Shown one piece after another: positions 27,339-39,289 of a stretch of 64,000 nt of DNA. The position numbers and the translations under genes were made by a program. Every line of letters begins with the position of its first letter. Position 1 is the first letter of the stretch. Source of the DNA: Mobula hypostoma (lineage: Eukaryota); contig NC_086097.1 of the NCBI RefSeq assembly GCF_963921235.1, positions 143,160,001 to 143,224,000 of the forward strand. Reading direction: 5' to 3'. The notes beneath the pieces were generated by a model. It saw nothing but the letters and a program-made list of their open reading frames with translations. It was not told the origin of the DNA and did not search any database.

Positions 27339-28852
27339 ACATAGGTGTTGCCTGATTGGCTAAGTTCCTCCTGGATTTTGTTTGTTGTTTAATCGTGTGT
27401 GTAGGATTAATCCTGTAAGTAAAATTCATTGTTTTCCCACTCATGATTGACAAATCATGGAGCAAGATAAAATTTATTGTCAATGCCTCAAAGCTTATTA
27501 AACGAAAATGTCTGTCCGGCTCTCAACCTCTTGGTGACTGTGTAAGGCCATGTTGGGTGGTTTAGATGCCTCACAAAGCCAAGTAACCACCAATAATCAA
27601 TCCATCTTTTGTTCATAGTGGTAGAACACTTCCCTGGTTGAGATATTTGAAAACCGGCCAGTATACCAGTGCCTGAATGAAGCAGGAAGTTTCAGACAGG
27701 AAGAAAGAGTTGAGGCCTGCACCTGCGTTATATCAGAAGCTCAGCTAACCGTACAGGCTGATGATGGGTGCAGGGTAAGAAATGAAACAGCGGAAAGCAA
27801 AGCCAGTCTGATGTCCCGAATTTTACATTACAAAGTACCGATGTGATGCTCATGAATGAGTGGGTTTGGGGCGTTGAACCCCACCCGAGTTTACACGACC
27901 AGAAGCTGATTGTCCAGGAGTGAAACAATACATTTAACACAACAAACCCCTGACACAGAAACCAGGCCAATTGAATCTTCTTGCATACCTTACCGCCAAG
28001 ATTACTGTTTCTGGCACAATGCACATGTAACATCTCACCCGAACTACATCAAACCTATCGCTAAAAATATTCTACTACAACAGAAAAATCACACGAATAC
28101 AAAATAGTTAAGAGATACAACTTAAAACTTTGAGCAGCCTGATTTAGAGATCACATGTCACAAACCAATTTAGATCGTCAATGAATTAGACAAGTTGGTG
28201 CCATTTCGGTTACGTTGACTCTCGCCCTGACACAAGTACCAAGTCATTTACATTCTATCAGTAAACGCACCTTGGCAGAGTGAAATAATACTGTATTTAG
28301 ACAGCGTATCTGTCCGTAACACGTTCTCCCACTTCTCATTTGAAGAGCTCTCCGATTTATTTAAAAATCTTTATTAAACATTAAACTGGCCAAACACAAA
28401 ACACACCGCAATCTGCCCGAAATAGATCGCTTTAGTCAAGTAGAATTGAATTGTAATTTAGAAATTGTATATCATAAATTGTCGAGGGAAAATTAAGCAG
28501 TATCTATAACTTCCTTACCATCAAACAAAATAAACAAGGGGCCAAGAAACATGTCGTAAGTCAGTGAAAAGCGAGGTGTCAACCTGCACCATCAGGCGAC
28601 AATATCACCAAAAGATAATCGTATGTATAATTTTTAAAGGACGACATTAAAATACAGCTTGTATCAAGCACGGTATTTCAAACTCAGCATCGCAAGAGGT
28701 ACACGCCACATACAAAACTCTATCACTGTCATTGCGCACTGACTGTCGATATATATTGGTATTTTTTTGCAAGCGAAAGTAGGAAGAGCAGGCGGTAAGA
28801 GTGTGACGGGACGGGAGGCCCGGCGCCGTGTTACAGGTGTGCCTCCGCTCAC

Positions 28853-28903
28853 CTTGGTGAAGTACAACATCCACAGCTCGTACAGTCTCTCCTTCGAAGC
28901 CAT
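28853..28903 (-). CDS. NBEAL2: Neurobeachin-like 2, first coding exon (17 codons); the rest of the gene lies beyond the left edge of the window
   Basis: Translation MASKERLYELWMLYFTK resembles the NBEAL1/NBEAL2 N-terminus. It ends at a phase-0 donor AAG|GTGAGC (GT at 28852-28851) in CpG-rich sequence. The head-to-head position with CCDC12 favours NBEAL2 over NBEAL1. Confidence 0.9.
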
Positions 28904-29319
28904 TCCTCGACTGGCAATAAACCGTGCGTTCTTCCTATTATTAACTCCCCTCTCTCACACAGACAGCTTTTTCCTTGCCACTCTTCATCTTTGCTTTCCT
29001 CTCCTCCCCCGTTGTTGTCAAAGAGGGACGTGAAATTATTCACTTGTTGCAATAAAAAAAAGTTGCTTAAAATTGAGCATCAGTGAAGATCTTCTCCACT
29101 TATTTTCTTCCTAGCAAGTTGAATTCTTTATTTGGTATTGTGGAATAAAACCTTTCAAGTTAAAAGTTGCTCCGGCTTCAGTATCTCTCTGTCCCTTTCA
29201 CACACTGAGCTCTTCCGCCATCTCGGTTCCAGGCTCTGTTTCTTTGATGTTGTGGCTTCAGTTGATTATTTTGGGGGGCAAACTCAGTGCTTGCTCCTCT
29301 GTGACTCAATGCACGCGTA

Positions 29320-29500
29320 CTGCAGGCGAGCCCTCTGCCGGAGGCGTGCCTCTCGTCGCAGCGCCTGTATTACGGGAGTGGGGTTTAAAGCATCTACTCG
29401 CAGGCTGCACAACTGTAAGAAATGCTGGAAATCCGCCTCCCTACCAATCAAATGCTCGCTTCCGTTCCCTACTCGCAATACGTGCCCGCGCTTTAGCAAA
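29320..29500 (-). promoter_or_regulatory. Probable NBEAL2 promoter (CpG-rich, GC box, CCAAT, ETS core)
   Basis: Local CpG enrichment; TCCGCCTCCC at 29432-29441, CCAAT at 29444-29448 and CTTCCG at 29459-29464, about 0.5 kb upstream of the ATG. TSS not determined. Confidence 0.55.
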
Positions 29501-29599
29501 CTGAACACAAGGACATCAGATGAGATGAGATCCGCAGCTAGGTGTGCAGAGGTTGAAAGACAAAGGGAGGAGCCAGGTGTGTGCGTGTGTGACCGGGAT

Positions 29600-29830
29600 T
29601 GAGAGAGAGAGGAAAGAGAGAGAGAGAGCGAGAGAGAACAACAGCAAGAGATACAGACAAAAGAGACAAAGGGAGACAGACAAGAGATAGAGAGAGACTG
29701 ATGGGAAAGAAAGAGAGACAGACGGAGAAAAAGGGAGACAGGTGAGCGAGGCAGACGAGAAAGGGACAAATGGAAGAGATGGACAGATGAGAGAGAAAGA
29801 GACGGAGACAGAGAGGTGGAGTGGGGGTGG
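29600..29830 (+). repeat. GA-rich low-complexity tract upstream of the NBEAL2 promoter
   Basis: (GA)n and GACA-rich purine tract. Confidence 0.85.
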
Positions 29831-31127
29831 AACTGAAGACTTACGTGAGGGTTCCGGATTTCACTGAACAATTGCAGGTCACGATGAAACAACAGGGTGG
29901 AAAATGAAGTAAGCTGTGCTCCATGTTGGTACCTAAACACAGGTGGAGGGAGCAGTTTTGGAAGGCTTTTGATAAGGACCTACACAGAAGGAGATGAACA
30001 AAGATCGAGCATGGGGAAGCTATGCAGGAATGAGTCACATTAAAGATGCAAAGAGGCTTTAATGAAATAGAGGCACAATTCAAAGTAAATTTATTTTCAA
30101 AGTATATGTATGTCACCATATATACTGAGATCAATTTTCTCGTGGGCATTCACAGTAAATACAAAGAAACACAATAGAATCAATGAAATCCCACATTTAT
30201 GAGACTTATAAATGGGCAGAAACAGGACAAATGGTGCATAACTTGGAAATACACAGCTTACCCACTCTAGCAGAGAAAGCAGAACTATTGACTTACTTTT
30301 AAATAGTGGAGATTGGGAGTATCGATATTCAAAGGTTACCTGGATGTTTTCTCAAAGTTGATTTTGCGGGTGGAGTTGGTCACTAGGAGGGCGAGAAGGT
30401 TTGAGTACAAGAGTAAAGGCATTTTACTGAACTGTGCATTGTGTGCAGTGCTGTTTTTACATACAGAACATATCTGCTAAAAAGGGAGTGCAGTGAAGAG
30501 CCATCAGATTTGTGACACGAGGGATTGCAGATGTTGGAGCAACTCAGTGGGTCAGGCCGCATCTGTGGAAGGAAATGGGCACAATGTTCTGAGTTGAGAT
30601 ATTTCATCAGTCCTGATATATTGCATGAACTTAATAATTCTCTTCGGACTGTCTGGTCATACAGCATAGCATGATACAGCTTGGAAACAGCCCCTTGGCC
30701 CAGCAATCTCCCTTTTACTGACCTTACTCACACCCATTTTTCTCCCCATATTCATATTAATTCCACACCTTGGATTCTAGTGATCAATGTATTGTGGCTA
30801 CTCAACTTATCATCCTGATTTACTTCTTGATGTGGGAGGACACCGAAGCACCCATGAGTTACAAGCAACACTGGAGATCACACTTAATCTTTGACTGCTG
30901 AAACTCTGAGGCAGCAGCACCATCGTGCTGCCCAGGCCAACATTCATCCTTCAGCTAATGTCATCGGAAACAGTCTATGTACCATGACAATCTGAGTTGC
31001 TTCCCAGTATTGCATATTTCCACAAGTAGGATCATGGCCTGGGGTGTTTCTTGTTAGATTGATTTGCATTTTTGGGCCATTCAGAAGATAACTGTATAAC
31101 ATATTACTGGAGACAGATGCAAGCAAA

Positions 31128-31700
31128 ATCAGAATCAGGTTTAATATCACTGACATATGTCATGAAATTTGTTGTTTTGTGGCAGCAGTACATTGCAATA
31201 CATAGAAATGAAAACTATAAATTACAATAGGTATATATAAAAACAAATTCGGTAAGTTGAGCTGAAAGGGGGAAAAGTACTGAATTAATGTTCATGGGTT
31301 CATTATCCTTTCAGAAATCTAATGGCAGAGGGGAAGAAACTGCTTCTGAATTGTTGAGTCAGTATCTTCAGGCTCACGTACATCCTCCATGATGGTAGCA
31401 ATGAAAACAGGCCGTGTACTGGGTGATGAGGGTCCTTAATGATGGATGCCGCTGTTTTGAGGCATAGCCTTTTGAAGGTGTCCTCAATACTGGGGTGGCC
31501 AGTGGCCATGATGGAGCTGGCTGAGTATAAAACTTACTATATCCTTTTCTGATTCTGTACAGTGGCCCCTCCATACCAGAAGGCGATGCAACCAGTTAGA
31601 ATGCTCTTCACGGTACAGCTAGAGAAATGTGTGAATGTCTTTCTGACGGACCAATTCTCCTCAATCTCCTAATGAAATGTTGGGAGTAACATTGCTTTTC
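31128..31700 (-). mobile_element. Rex1/Babar-type LINE 3' fragment
   Basis: ORF 31303-31509 AASIIKDPHHP.HGLFSLLPS...FRSSFFPSAIRFL; AATCAGAATCAGGTTT tail. Confidence 0.85.
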
Positions 31701-31789
31701 TGACTTGCACTTTCCATTTCCTGTTGTAATTTGTAGCCCATATCTTTGCTCCTGTTCGGAGCCCTGCCTACTTTTCATGATCATTATTC

Positions 31790-34346
31790 CCAACATCCTG
31801 AGAAAATAATCATGAAAAGTAGGCAGGGCTCTGAACAGTAGCAAGATGTGGGCTAGAAATTACAATGAGTTAGAAAGTGCATGTCAAAAAGGCAAAGTTA
31901 TGATAGCCACAAGCGATTTCAATATGGAGGTAGATTGGGAAGATCAGGTTGGTGCTGGATCCCAAGAAGAGGAATTTCTATAATGCCTACGAGATGATTT
32001 TTTGGAGCAGCACAGTTGAGTCCATGAAGAACTCAACTATTCTGGATTGAGTGTTGTGCAATGAAACGGAATTGATTAGAGAGCTTAAGGTAAAGGAACC
32101 TTTAGGAGTCAGTGATCATAATATGGTAGAATTCACCCTGCAATTTGAGAAGGGGTAAACTAAAGTCAGATGTATCAGAATTATAGTGGAGTAAAGAGGA
32201 TTATGGAGGCATGAGAGAGGAGCTGGCCAACATTGATTGGAAGGATACACTAGCAGGGATGAAGGCAGAGCAGAAATGGCTAGAGTTTCTGGGAGCAATT
32301 TGGAAGGTGCAGGATATATACATACCAAAGAAGAAGAAGTATTCTAAAGGCAGGATGATACAACTGTGGCTGACAAGAGAAGTCAAAGCCAACAAAAAAA
32401 GCTAAAGTGAGGACATATAATAGAACAAAAATTAGTGGGAAGTTAGAGCATTGAAAAGCTTTTAAAAACAGACAGAAGGCAACTAAAAAAGTCGTAAAGA
32501 AGGAAAAGATGGAACAGGAAGATAAGCTAGCCAATAATATTAAAGGGGATACCAAAAGTTTCTTCAGATATATAAAGTGTAAAAGAGAGGCGAGAGTGGA
32601 TATTGGACTGCTGGAAAATGATGCTGGAGAGGTGGTAATGGGGGACAAGGAAATGGCAGATGAACTGAATAAGTATTTTGCATCATTCTTCACTGTGGAA
32701 GACACTAGCAGTGTGCTGGAAATTCAAGAGTGTCAGGGAGCAGAAGTGTGTGAAGTTGCCATTACCAGGGAAAAGGTTCTTGGAAAACTGAAAGGTCTGA
32801 AAGTAGATAAGTCACTTGGACCAGATGGTCTACACCCCAGGGTTCTTAAAGAGGTGGCTGAAGAGATTGCGGAGGCATGAGTAATCATCTTTCTGGAGTG
32901 CTGGTGGACTGGAAAATTGTAAATGTCACTCCACTGTTCAAGGGACAGAGGCAGAAGAAAGGAAATTATAGACCAGTTAATCTGGGCTCAATGGTTGGGA
33001 AGATATTGGAGTGGATTGTGAAGGATGTGGTTTTGGAGTACTTAGAGGCACATGATAAAATAAGGCAAAGTCAGCATGTTAAATCTTGCCTGAAAAACCT
33101 GTTGGAATTTTTTTGAAGAATTAACCAGCAGGATAGACAAAGAAGAATCAATTGTTGCTGTGTACTTGTATTTTCAGAAGGAATTTGACAAGGTGCCACA
33201 CATGAGGCTGCTTAACAGGTTAAGAGCGCATGGTATTACAGGAAAGATACTAGCTTGGATAGAGCATTGCCTAATTGGTAGGAATGGGAATAAAGGGAGC
33301 CTTTTCTGGTTGGCTGTCAGCGACTAGTGGTGTTCCACAGGGGTCTGTATTGGGACCACCCCTTTTTATGTTATATATCAATAATTTAATAATGGAATTA
33401 ACAGCTTTGTGGTTAAGTCTGTGGACAAGACAAGGATAGGTGGAGGGGCAGGTCGTTTGAGAAAGCAGAGGGGCTACAAAAGGACAGACAGAGTAGAAGA
33501 ATGGGCAAAGAAGTGACAGAAGTGCAGGGAAGTGTCTGGTCATGCACTTCGGTAGAAGAAATGTAAGTGTAGACTGTTTCCTAAATGGAGAGAAAATTTT
33601 TTAAAAATCTGAAGCGCAAAGTGACTTGGGAATCTTCATACAGGAATTAGGGAATCCGAAAGGTTAATTTGCAGGTTGAGTTGGTGGTGAGGAAGGCAAA
33701 TGCGATATTAGCATTCATTTTTGAGAGAACTAGAATATAAAAGCAAGAATATAATGTTGGAGCTTTATAAAGCACAGGTGAGGCCCCACTTGGAGTATTG
33801 TGAGCAGTTTTGGGAGGGCCCTTGTTCAAAGAAACAATATGCTGACATTAGAGAGGGATCAAAGGAGGGCCACCAAAATTATTCTAGGATTGAAAGGCTT
33901 GTCATATGAGAAGTGTTTGATGGCTGTGGGCCTCTACTCACTAGAATTCAGCAGAATGAGGGGTGACCACATTGAAACTTATCGTATGTTGAAAGGCTTT
34001 GATAGTGTGGATGTGGAGAGAATGCTTCCTATGGTGGGAGAGTCCAATACCAGAGGACACAGCCTCAGAATACACAGAAGTCCTTTTAGAATGGAGATGA
34101 GGAGAAATTTCTTTAGCCAGAGGGGCGAATCTGTGGAATTTGTTGCCACTAATGGCTGTGGAAGCTAAGTCCTCATGTATGTTTAAGTCAGAACATGATA
34201 GATTGTTGATTAGTCAGGGCATGAGGGATATGGGGAGAAGGCAGGAAATTGAGGCTGAGAGGAAAATTGGATCAGCCGTGATGAAATGATGCAACAGACT
34301 TGATGGACCAAATGGCCTAATTCTGCTCCTATATCTTCAGGTCTTA
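31790..34346 (+). mobile_element. CR1 LINE, ~2.5 kb, from the late APE region through RT to the 3' end, lying between the two promoters
   Basis: LG.SDHNMVEF, KSLGPDGLHPRVLKEVA, NYRPVNL.S.VGKILE and [10 protein letters not shown] motifs in broken frames; same family as 11022-12836. Confidence 0.93.
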
Positions 34347-34869
34347 TACAGAATTCTTTTGTTTGATACTGTTCCACTAGGGAAAACTGTGCCTTTTTAA
34401 GGATCTTACATATTTCAATAAGATCACTCCACATTTTTCTAAACTTCAAAAAATCGCAGGTCTGACACAGATGATACATCAACCAGATCGTCCCATAAAT
34501 TCACTGTGTGATTCTCTTCTGAACATATCGGAGTATATCCTTCGGAAAAATTAGATTGAAACTGTACACATTACCGTAGGAGTGCCTCACCTATATATAA
34601 TTGTAACAATAAGTTTATAGTTTAACATTCTAACCTGTAGCAATAAAAGTTAACATATCTCATGCTTTCTTCATTACTTACTACCCGCTGGTTTCAAATG
34701 TTTATATTTCAGATTTTGAGCATTTGCAGTCTTTGGCCTTTTGATGCGAGTAAAAAATGTTAACTTTACAATTGAAGTCGCTATTATTAGATAACGTTAT
34801 GTGTAGTGATGACCCACTTCGCTTCTCTACTTTCTCTTCTGCTTCAAGGCTTTAATTTTCTTTGTCTGC

Positions 34870-35030
34870 TTGTTCCGACCGTTCAGAGCTTCCGTGACGT
34901 CATTGGATGAATCAATCTGCTCGGAGAATGCGCCTTGGTTCTGCTCGATTGCTCCGTGAGCCCTTGGCTATGTCTGCCGTGAGGGCTGTCGGGATTTGGA
35001 GTATTCAATAGTTTTCGGGAAGATGGCGGA
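34870..35030 (+). promoter_or_regulatory. Probable CCDC12 promoter (ETS core, CRE, inverted CCAAT, YY1)
   Basis: CTTCCG directly followed by the palindrome TGACGTCA (34895-34902) and ATTGG (34902-34906); YY1-type AAGATGGCGG overlaps the start codon; CpG-rich. Confidence 0.65.
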
Positions 35031-35106
35031 AGAGGCCGGGAGGCTGCAGGAGGAGGCACTGAAGAGGAGGGAACGGCTCCGGGCACTGAGGGAGCGGCAG
35101 CTGCAG
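35023..35106 (+). CDS. CCDC12: Coiled-coil domain-containing 12 (Cwf18-like spliceosomal protein), first coding exon (28 codons)
   Basis: MAEEAGRLQEEALKRRERLRALRERQLQ resembles the CCDC12 N-terminus (GRLEEEALRRKERLKALREK). Strong Kozak context aagATGG; phase-0 donor CAG|GTAAGG at 35107. Confidence 0.92.
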
Positions 35107-35379
35107 GTAAGGAAGCCGGAGGGGCTCCATGCTTCGCCCCCTCCTCGTCATTCCTGGGCTCGAAGAATTCCACACAATATAATTTGTGAATACTTAATTC
35201 TGGAGGAACGCTTGATGGTCTAGAGAAGTGGTGGGGGGGGGGAGCAGATGATGGTGGGTAGAGTGTGACTGGAGGAGTGGAAGGACCGAGGCAGTGCACG
35301 GGATGGGGATGGAGAGTATGAACGGGTGACCGGGGGGGGGGGCGGGGAATGGGGATGGAGAGTGTGACTGGGGGAGTAG

Positions 35380-35820
35380 GGGGTAGAGTGACCGGTGGAG
35401 TGGGGGAATTAGAGGAATTGGAGGAGGTAGAGTGACCGGTGGAGTGGGGGAATTTGAGTGGGTAGAGTGACCGGTGGAGTGGGGGAATTAGAGGGGGAGG
35501 TAGAGTGACCGGTGGAATGAGGGAATTGGAAGGGGAGGTAGAGTGACCGGTGGAATGAGGGAATTGGAAGGGGAGGTAGAGTGACCGGTGGAATGGGGGA
35601 ATTGGAAGGGGAGGTAGAGTGACCGGTGGAATGGGGGAATTGGAAGGGGAGGTAGAGTGACCGGTGGAGTGGGGGAATTAGAGGGGGAAGTAGAGTGATC
35701 GGTGGAGTGAGGGAATTGGAAGGGGAGGTAGAGTGACCGGTGGAGTGGGGGAATTGGAAGGGGGTAGAGTGACTGGTGGAGTAGGAGGGGGGAGTGATGG
35801 GGGAGGGGGAGAGTGACCAG
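35380..35820 (+). repeat. G-rich 38-bp minisatellite (~11 units) at the start of CCDC12 intron 1
   Basis: Unit GAGGTAGAGTGACCGGTGGA(A/G)TGGGGGAATTGGAAGGG; GTGACCGG starts at 35543, 35581, 35619 and 35657 (period 38). Confidence 0.95.
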
Positions 35821-36720
35821 GGAATCAAGTGATTTTCCTTAAGCTTGCTCTGGGTCTCATTGTAACTTGGTTTCTCTTTCCATAGATGTGTCCTGATTTG
35901 CTGAGTATTTCCAGCATTTTCTGTTTACACTTATTACCTTTCCCAGTGTTCTTGGATAGAAATGATGAAGCTGAGGACAGTTAAGTATCAATCACATCAT
36001 CGTGCGAGACTGGAGTAAAGCATAACCCTGGCTAGTCAGGACATTGCTCTTTTGCCAGCTGAATTTTATGTCAACCCATCAGGTTTGCGATCATGTGAGT
36101 TTTATGTGTAAGCTGTTTTTAAAAAAAACTCTTAAATTCAGATTACCGTTGCTGCAATTTATGCTCACTTTCTTTGGAACTTTGGTAGAAAAGTGTAAGG
36201 AAAACCCCAGAAAAACAAAAAAATGCTGGAAAAACTCGGCACGCACGTCAAGCACCATCTGTAGAAAGAGACACAAAGTTGTCATGTTTGTTGAGCTTCC
36301 CAGCTCTTATACAACCTGGAAGGGCTGATTACTTGAAACTTGCATTCATTGTTAAGTTCTGTGGACTGTCCAGAGTCAGTTCAGAAAGTGATGCACTAAT
36401 CCTTGACCATGCATTAAGGTTTCATTGGAACAGTGTTAGATGCCAAAGCTATAGAAGTCTAAGTGAGAATGTGATGGCGAATTAATCCAGCAGGTAGCTG
36501 GGAAATCACGGTTCACTGTTTAATGCGTGGAGGTGTTTTGCAAAGCAGTCAACTGTCCTAAGAACAGGATCAGTCCTTCAGCCCATGATGTGCTGATTAC
36601 TCCTGATTAATATTGTTCTCTTTTGTGTACATTGATCAAATCCCTCCCTTCATATGCCTATTGAATGCTCCTATGCTATCTGGCAAAGCATTCCAGGCCC
36701 CCACCAATCAGTGTTTATAG

Positions 36721-37768
36721 TTCCTCCCGCCACCCCACTAGGAATAGGGTTCCCCTGGTCCTCACCTACCACCCCACCAGCCTCTGGGTCCAACATATTA
36801 TTCTCCGTAACTTCCGCCACCTCCAACGGGATCGCACCACTAAGCCTGCATTCCGCAGGGATCGCTCCCTACACAACTCCCTTGTCCATTTGTCCCCCCC
36901 ATCCCTCCCCACTGATCTCCCTCCTGGCACTTATCCGTGTAAGCGGAACAAGTGCTACACATGCCCTTACACTTCCTCCCTTACCACCATTCAGGGCCCC
37001 AAACAGTCCTTCCAGGTGAGGCAACACTTCACCTGTGAGTCGACTGGGGTGATATACTGCGTCCGGTGCTCCCGATGTGGCCTTTTATATATTGGCGAGA
37101 CCCGACGCAGACTGGGAGACCGTTTTGCTGAACATCTACGCTCTGTCCGCCAGAGAAAGCAGGATCTCCCAGTGGCCACATATTTTAATTCTACAACCCA
37201 TTCCCATTCTGACATGTCCATCCACGGCCTCCTCTACTGTAAAGATGAAGCCACACTCAGGTTGGAGGAACAACACCTTATATTCCGTCTGGGTAGCCTC
37301 CAACCTGATGGCATGAACATCGACTTCTCTAACTTCCGCTAAGGCCCCACCTCCCCCTCGTACCCCATCTGTTACTCATTTTTATGCACACATTCTTTCT
37401 CTCACTCTCCTTTTTCTCCCTCTGTCCCTCTGAATATACCTCTTGCCCATCCTCTGGGTCCCCCCCCCTGTCTTTCTTCCCGTACCTCCTGTCCCATGAT
37501 CCTCTCGTATCCCCTTTTGCCTATCACCTGTCCAGCTCTTGGCTCTATCCCTCCCCCTCCTGTCTTCTCCTATCATTTTGGATCTCCCCCTCCCCCTCCC
37601 ACTTTCAAATCCCTTACTCACTCTTCCTTCAGTTAGTCCTGACGAAGGGTCTCGGCCTGAAACGTCGACTGCACCTCTTCCTACAGATGCTGCCTGGCCT
37701 GCTGTGTTCACCAGCAGCTTTGATGTGTGTTGCTTGAATTTCCAGCATCTGCAGAATTCCTGTTGTTG
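36721..37768 (+). mobile_element. Penelope-like retroelement (Neptune-like), 5'-truncated: Cys-rich linker, GIY-YIG endonuclease and tail
   Basis: Open frame to the stop at 37342 with CKRNKCYTC, GVIYCVRCSRCGLLYIGET, RFAEH and LEEQHLIFRLGSLQPDGMN; flanked by GTGTTTATAG (36711-36720) and GTATTTATAG (37769-37778), a probable TSD. Confidence 0.93.
37634..37671 (+). ncRNA. Minimal type I hammerhead ribozyme (intact core)
   Basis: UAGUC-CUGACGA-AGGGUCUCGGCCU-GAAA-C-GUC^GACUG; predicted cleavage after 37666. Confidence 0.75.
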
Positions 37769-37926
37769 GTATTTATAGAAATTGTTTTGTTTTGCACATC
37801 TCCCTTGTACTTTTCTCCTCTCACCTTTAAATTAATCCACACCAGTAACAGACATTTCAATCCTGAGCTGTTTATCTTTGTCTCACAATTTTATGAACTC
37901 CTCCCTCAGCCTCAGTTGCTCTTGAG

Positions 37927-38003
37927 TAGTTCCCAACCTGGGGCCCACGGACCACTTGCTTCATAGTATTGGTCCACAGCATTAAAAAGGTTGTGAACCT
38001 TTG
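37927..38003. mobile_element. hAT-type MITE (copy C)
   Basis: Same internal sequence as copies A and B; 8-bp flanks CTCTTGAG (37919-37926) and CTCTGGAG (38004-38011). Confidence 0.75.
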
Positions 38004-39289
38004 CTCTGGAGAAAATGTTCGGAGCTTGTTTTCACAGCATGTCTTCCAAACCAAGCGCCAGCCTTTCCAAAGCTACCACATCCTTCCTATAACGAGATAA
38101 CCAGAATTTAACAAAATACTAAAAATGTGGCCTAACCAGAGCCTTACAAAGCTGTAACATAACTTCCTGCCTTTTGAACTCAGTATCTCTACTAAAGTAT
38201 GCCTTACACATTCTTTACCACAGTATCCAACTTTGTGGCCACTTATACAGAGCCATTTACCTGGATCCTAAGATCCCTCTGTTTATCAGCATTGCTAAAG
38301 TTTTTACCGTTAACAGTGTGCTCTCAATTTGTGTCGGATCTGCTATGGTGCAGCACTTCACACTTGTCTGATTTTAAACTCCGTCTGCCACTTCTCGGCC
38401 CATACCTGTATCCTGCTGGATCCTTTGGCATTCTTTTATGCAATCCATACTGCCACCAATCTTCGTGCCATCTGCAAACTTACCCTTACCCATACTATTA
38501 TATTTTCATCCAAATTATCTGTACATGACAAACAATGAAAGTCCCAGTACTGATCCCTTCATTGCTAGTTAGAGTCCTTCCTCCAAAATAAAACCCGTCC
38601 ACCACTACCTATTGTTTTCTGTGGGCAAGCCAATTTTGAATCCAATCAGCCAAGTCACATGGATCCCAGTTTATCCAAATTTTTTGGATGAGCTTACCAC
38701 ATGGGACCTCATTGAATGTTTTACTAAAATTCATGTATACACCATACACTGCTTTAGCTTCATCAAATACCTTTGTTAACTCCTCGAAACTCAATCAGAT
38801 CAGTTGGACATGACCTGCCCTGCTCAAAACCATGGTTACTGTCCCTAATTAGAACACCTTTTCCAAATGCTTATACATCCTATCCCTAAGATCCTCCGTT
38901 AGTTTCCTTACTGCTGACATGAGACTATAGTTTCCAGGATTATCCCTATTTTCCTCCTTGAATAAAGGAACAACATTAGCTACCTGCCAGTCCTCTAGCA
39001 CCACACTGGTGGCTATTGAGAATCAAAGATTTTGGTCAACACACCATCAGTCACATTTCTCACCTCTCTTAATTACCTGGCATATATCTCATCAGGCCCA
39101 GTGGATTTATCTACTCTTAATGTTTTTCAAGACACCTCACATTACCCCCTTCGTAATCTGGAAATGCCCTCACATCTTGCCATGCTCCACTCTGATCTCA
39201 CTATCTTCTACATCCTTCTTGCTAAAGTTCTTATTTAGGATCTCACCCACACACCTTCAAGAACAAGTTCCTTCCTTTATTCTCCATCG

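Noticed and set aside
28664..28852. Continuation of the 79-aa ORF beyond MASKERLYELWMLYFTK
   Set aside because: Similarity to NBEAL proteins stops exactly at a consensus GTGAG donor; the rest is intron read-through.
28853..28903. Assignment to NBEAL1
   Set aside because: The peptide alone is ambiguous between the paralogues, but adjacency to CCDC12 matches the NBEAL2 locus.
29284..29940. 218-aa minus-strand ORF near the NBEAL2 promoter
   Set aside because: Largely translated (TC)n low-complexity sequence with no recognisable domain.
34996..35223. 75-aa ORF as a complete gene
   Set aside because: It starts at a TTG upstream of the true ATG (35023) and reads through the GTAAG donor at 35107.
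35380..35820. Regularly spaced repeats resembling a CRISPR array
   Set aside because: The units are contiguous with no unique spacers, there are no cas genes, and the context is vertebrate; it is a minisatellite.
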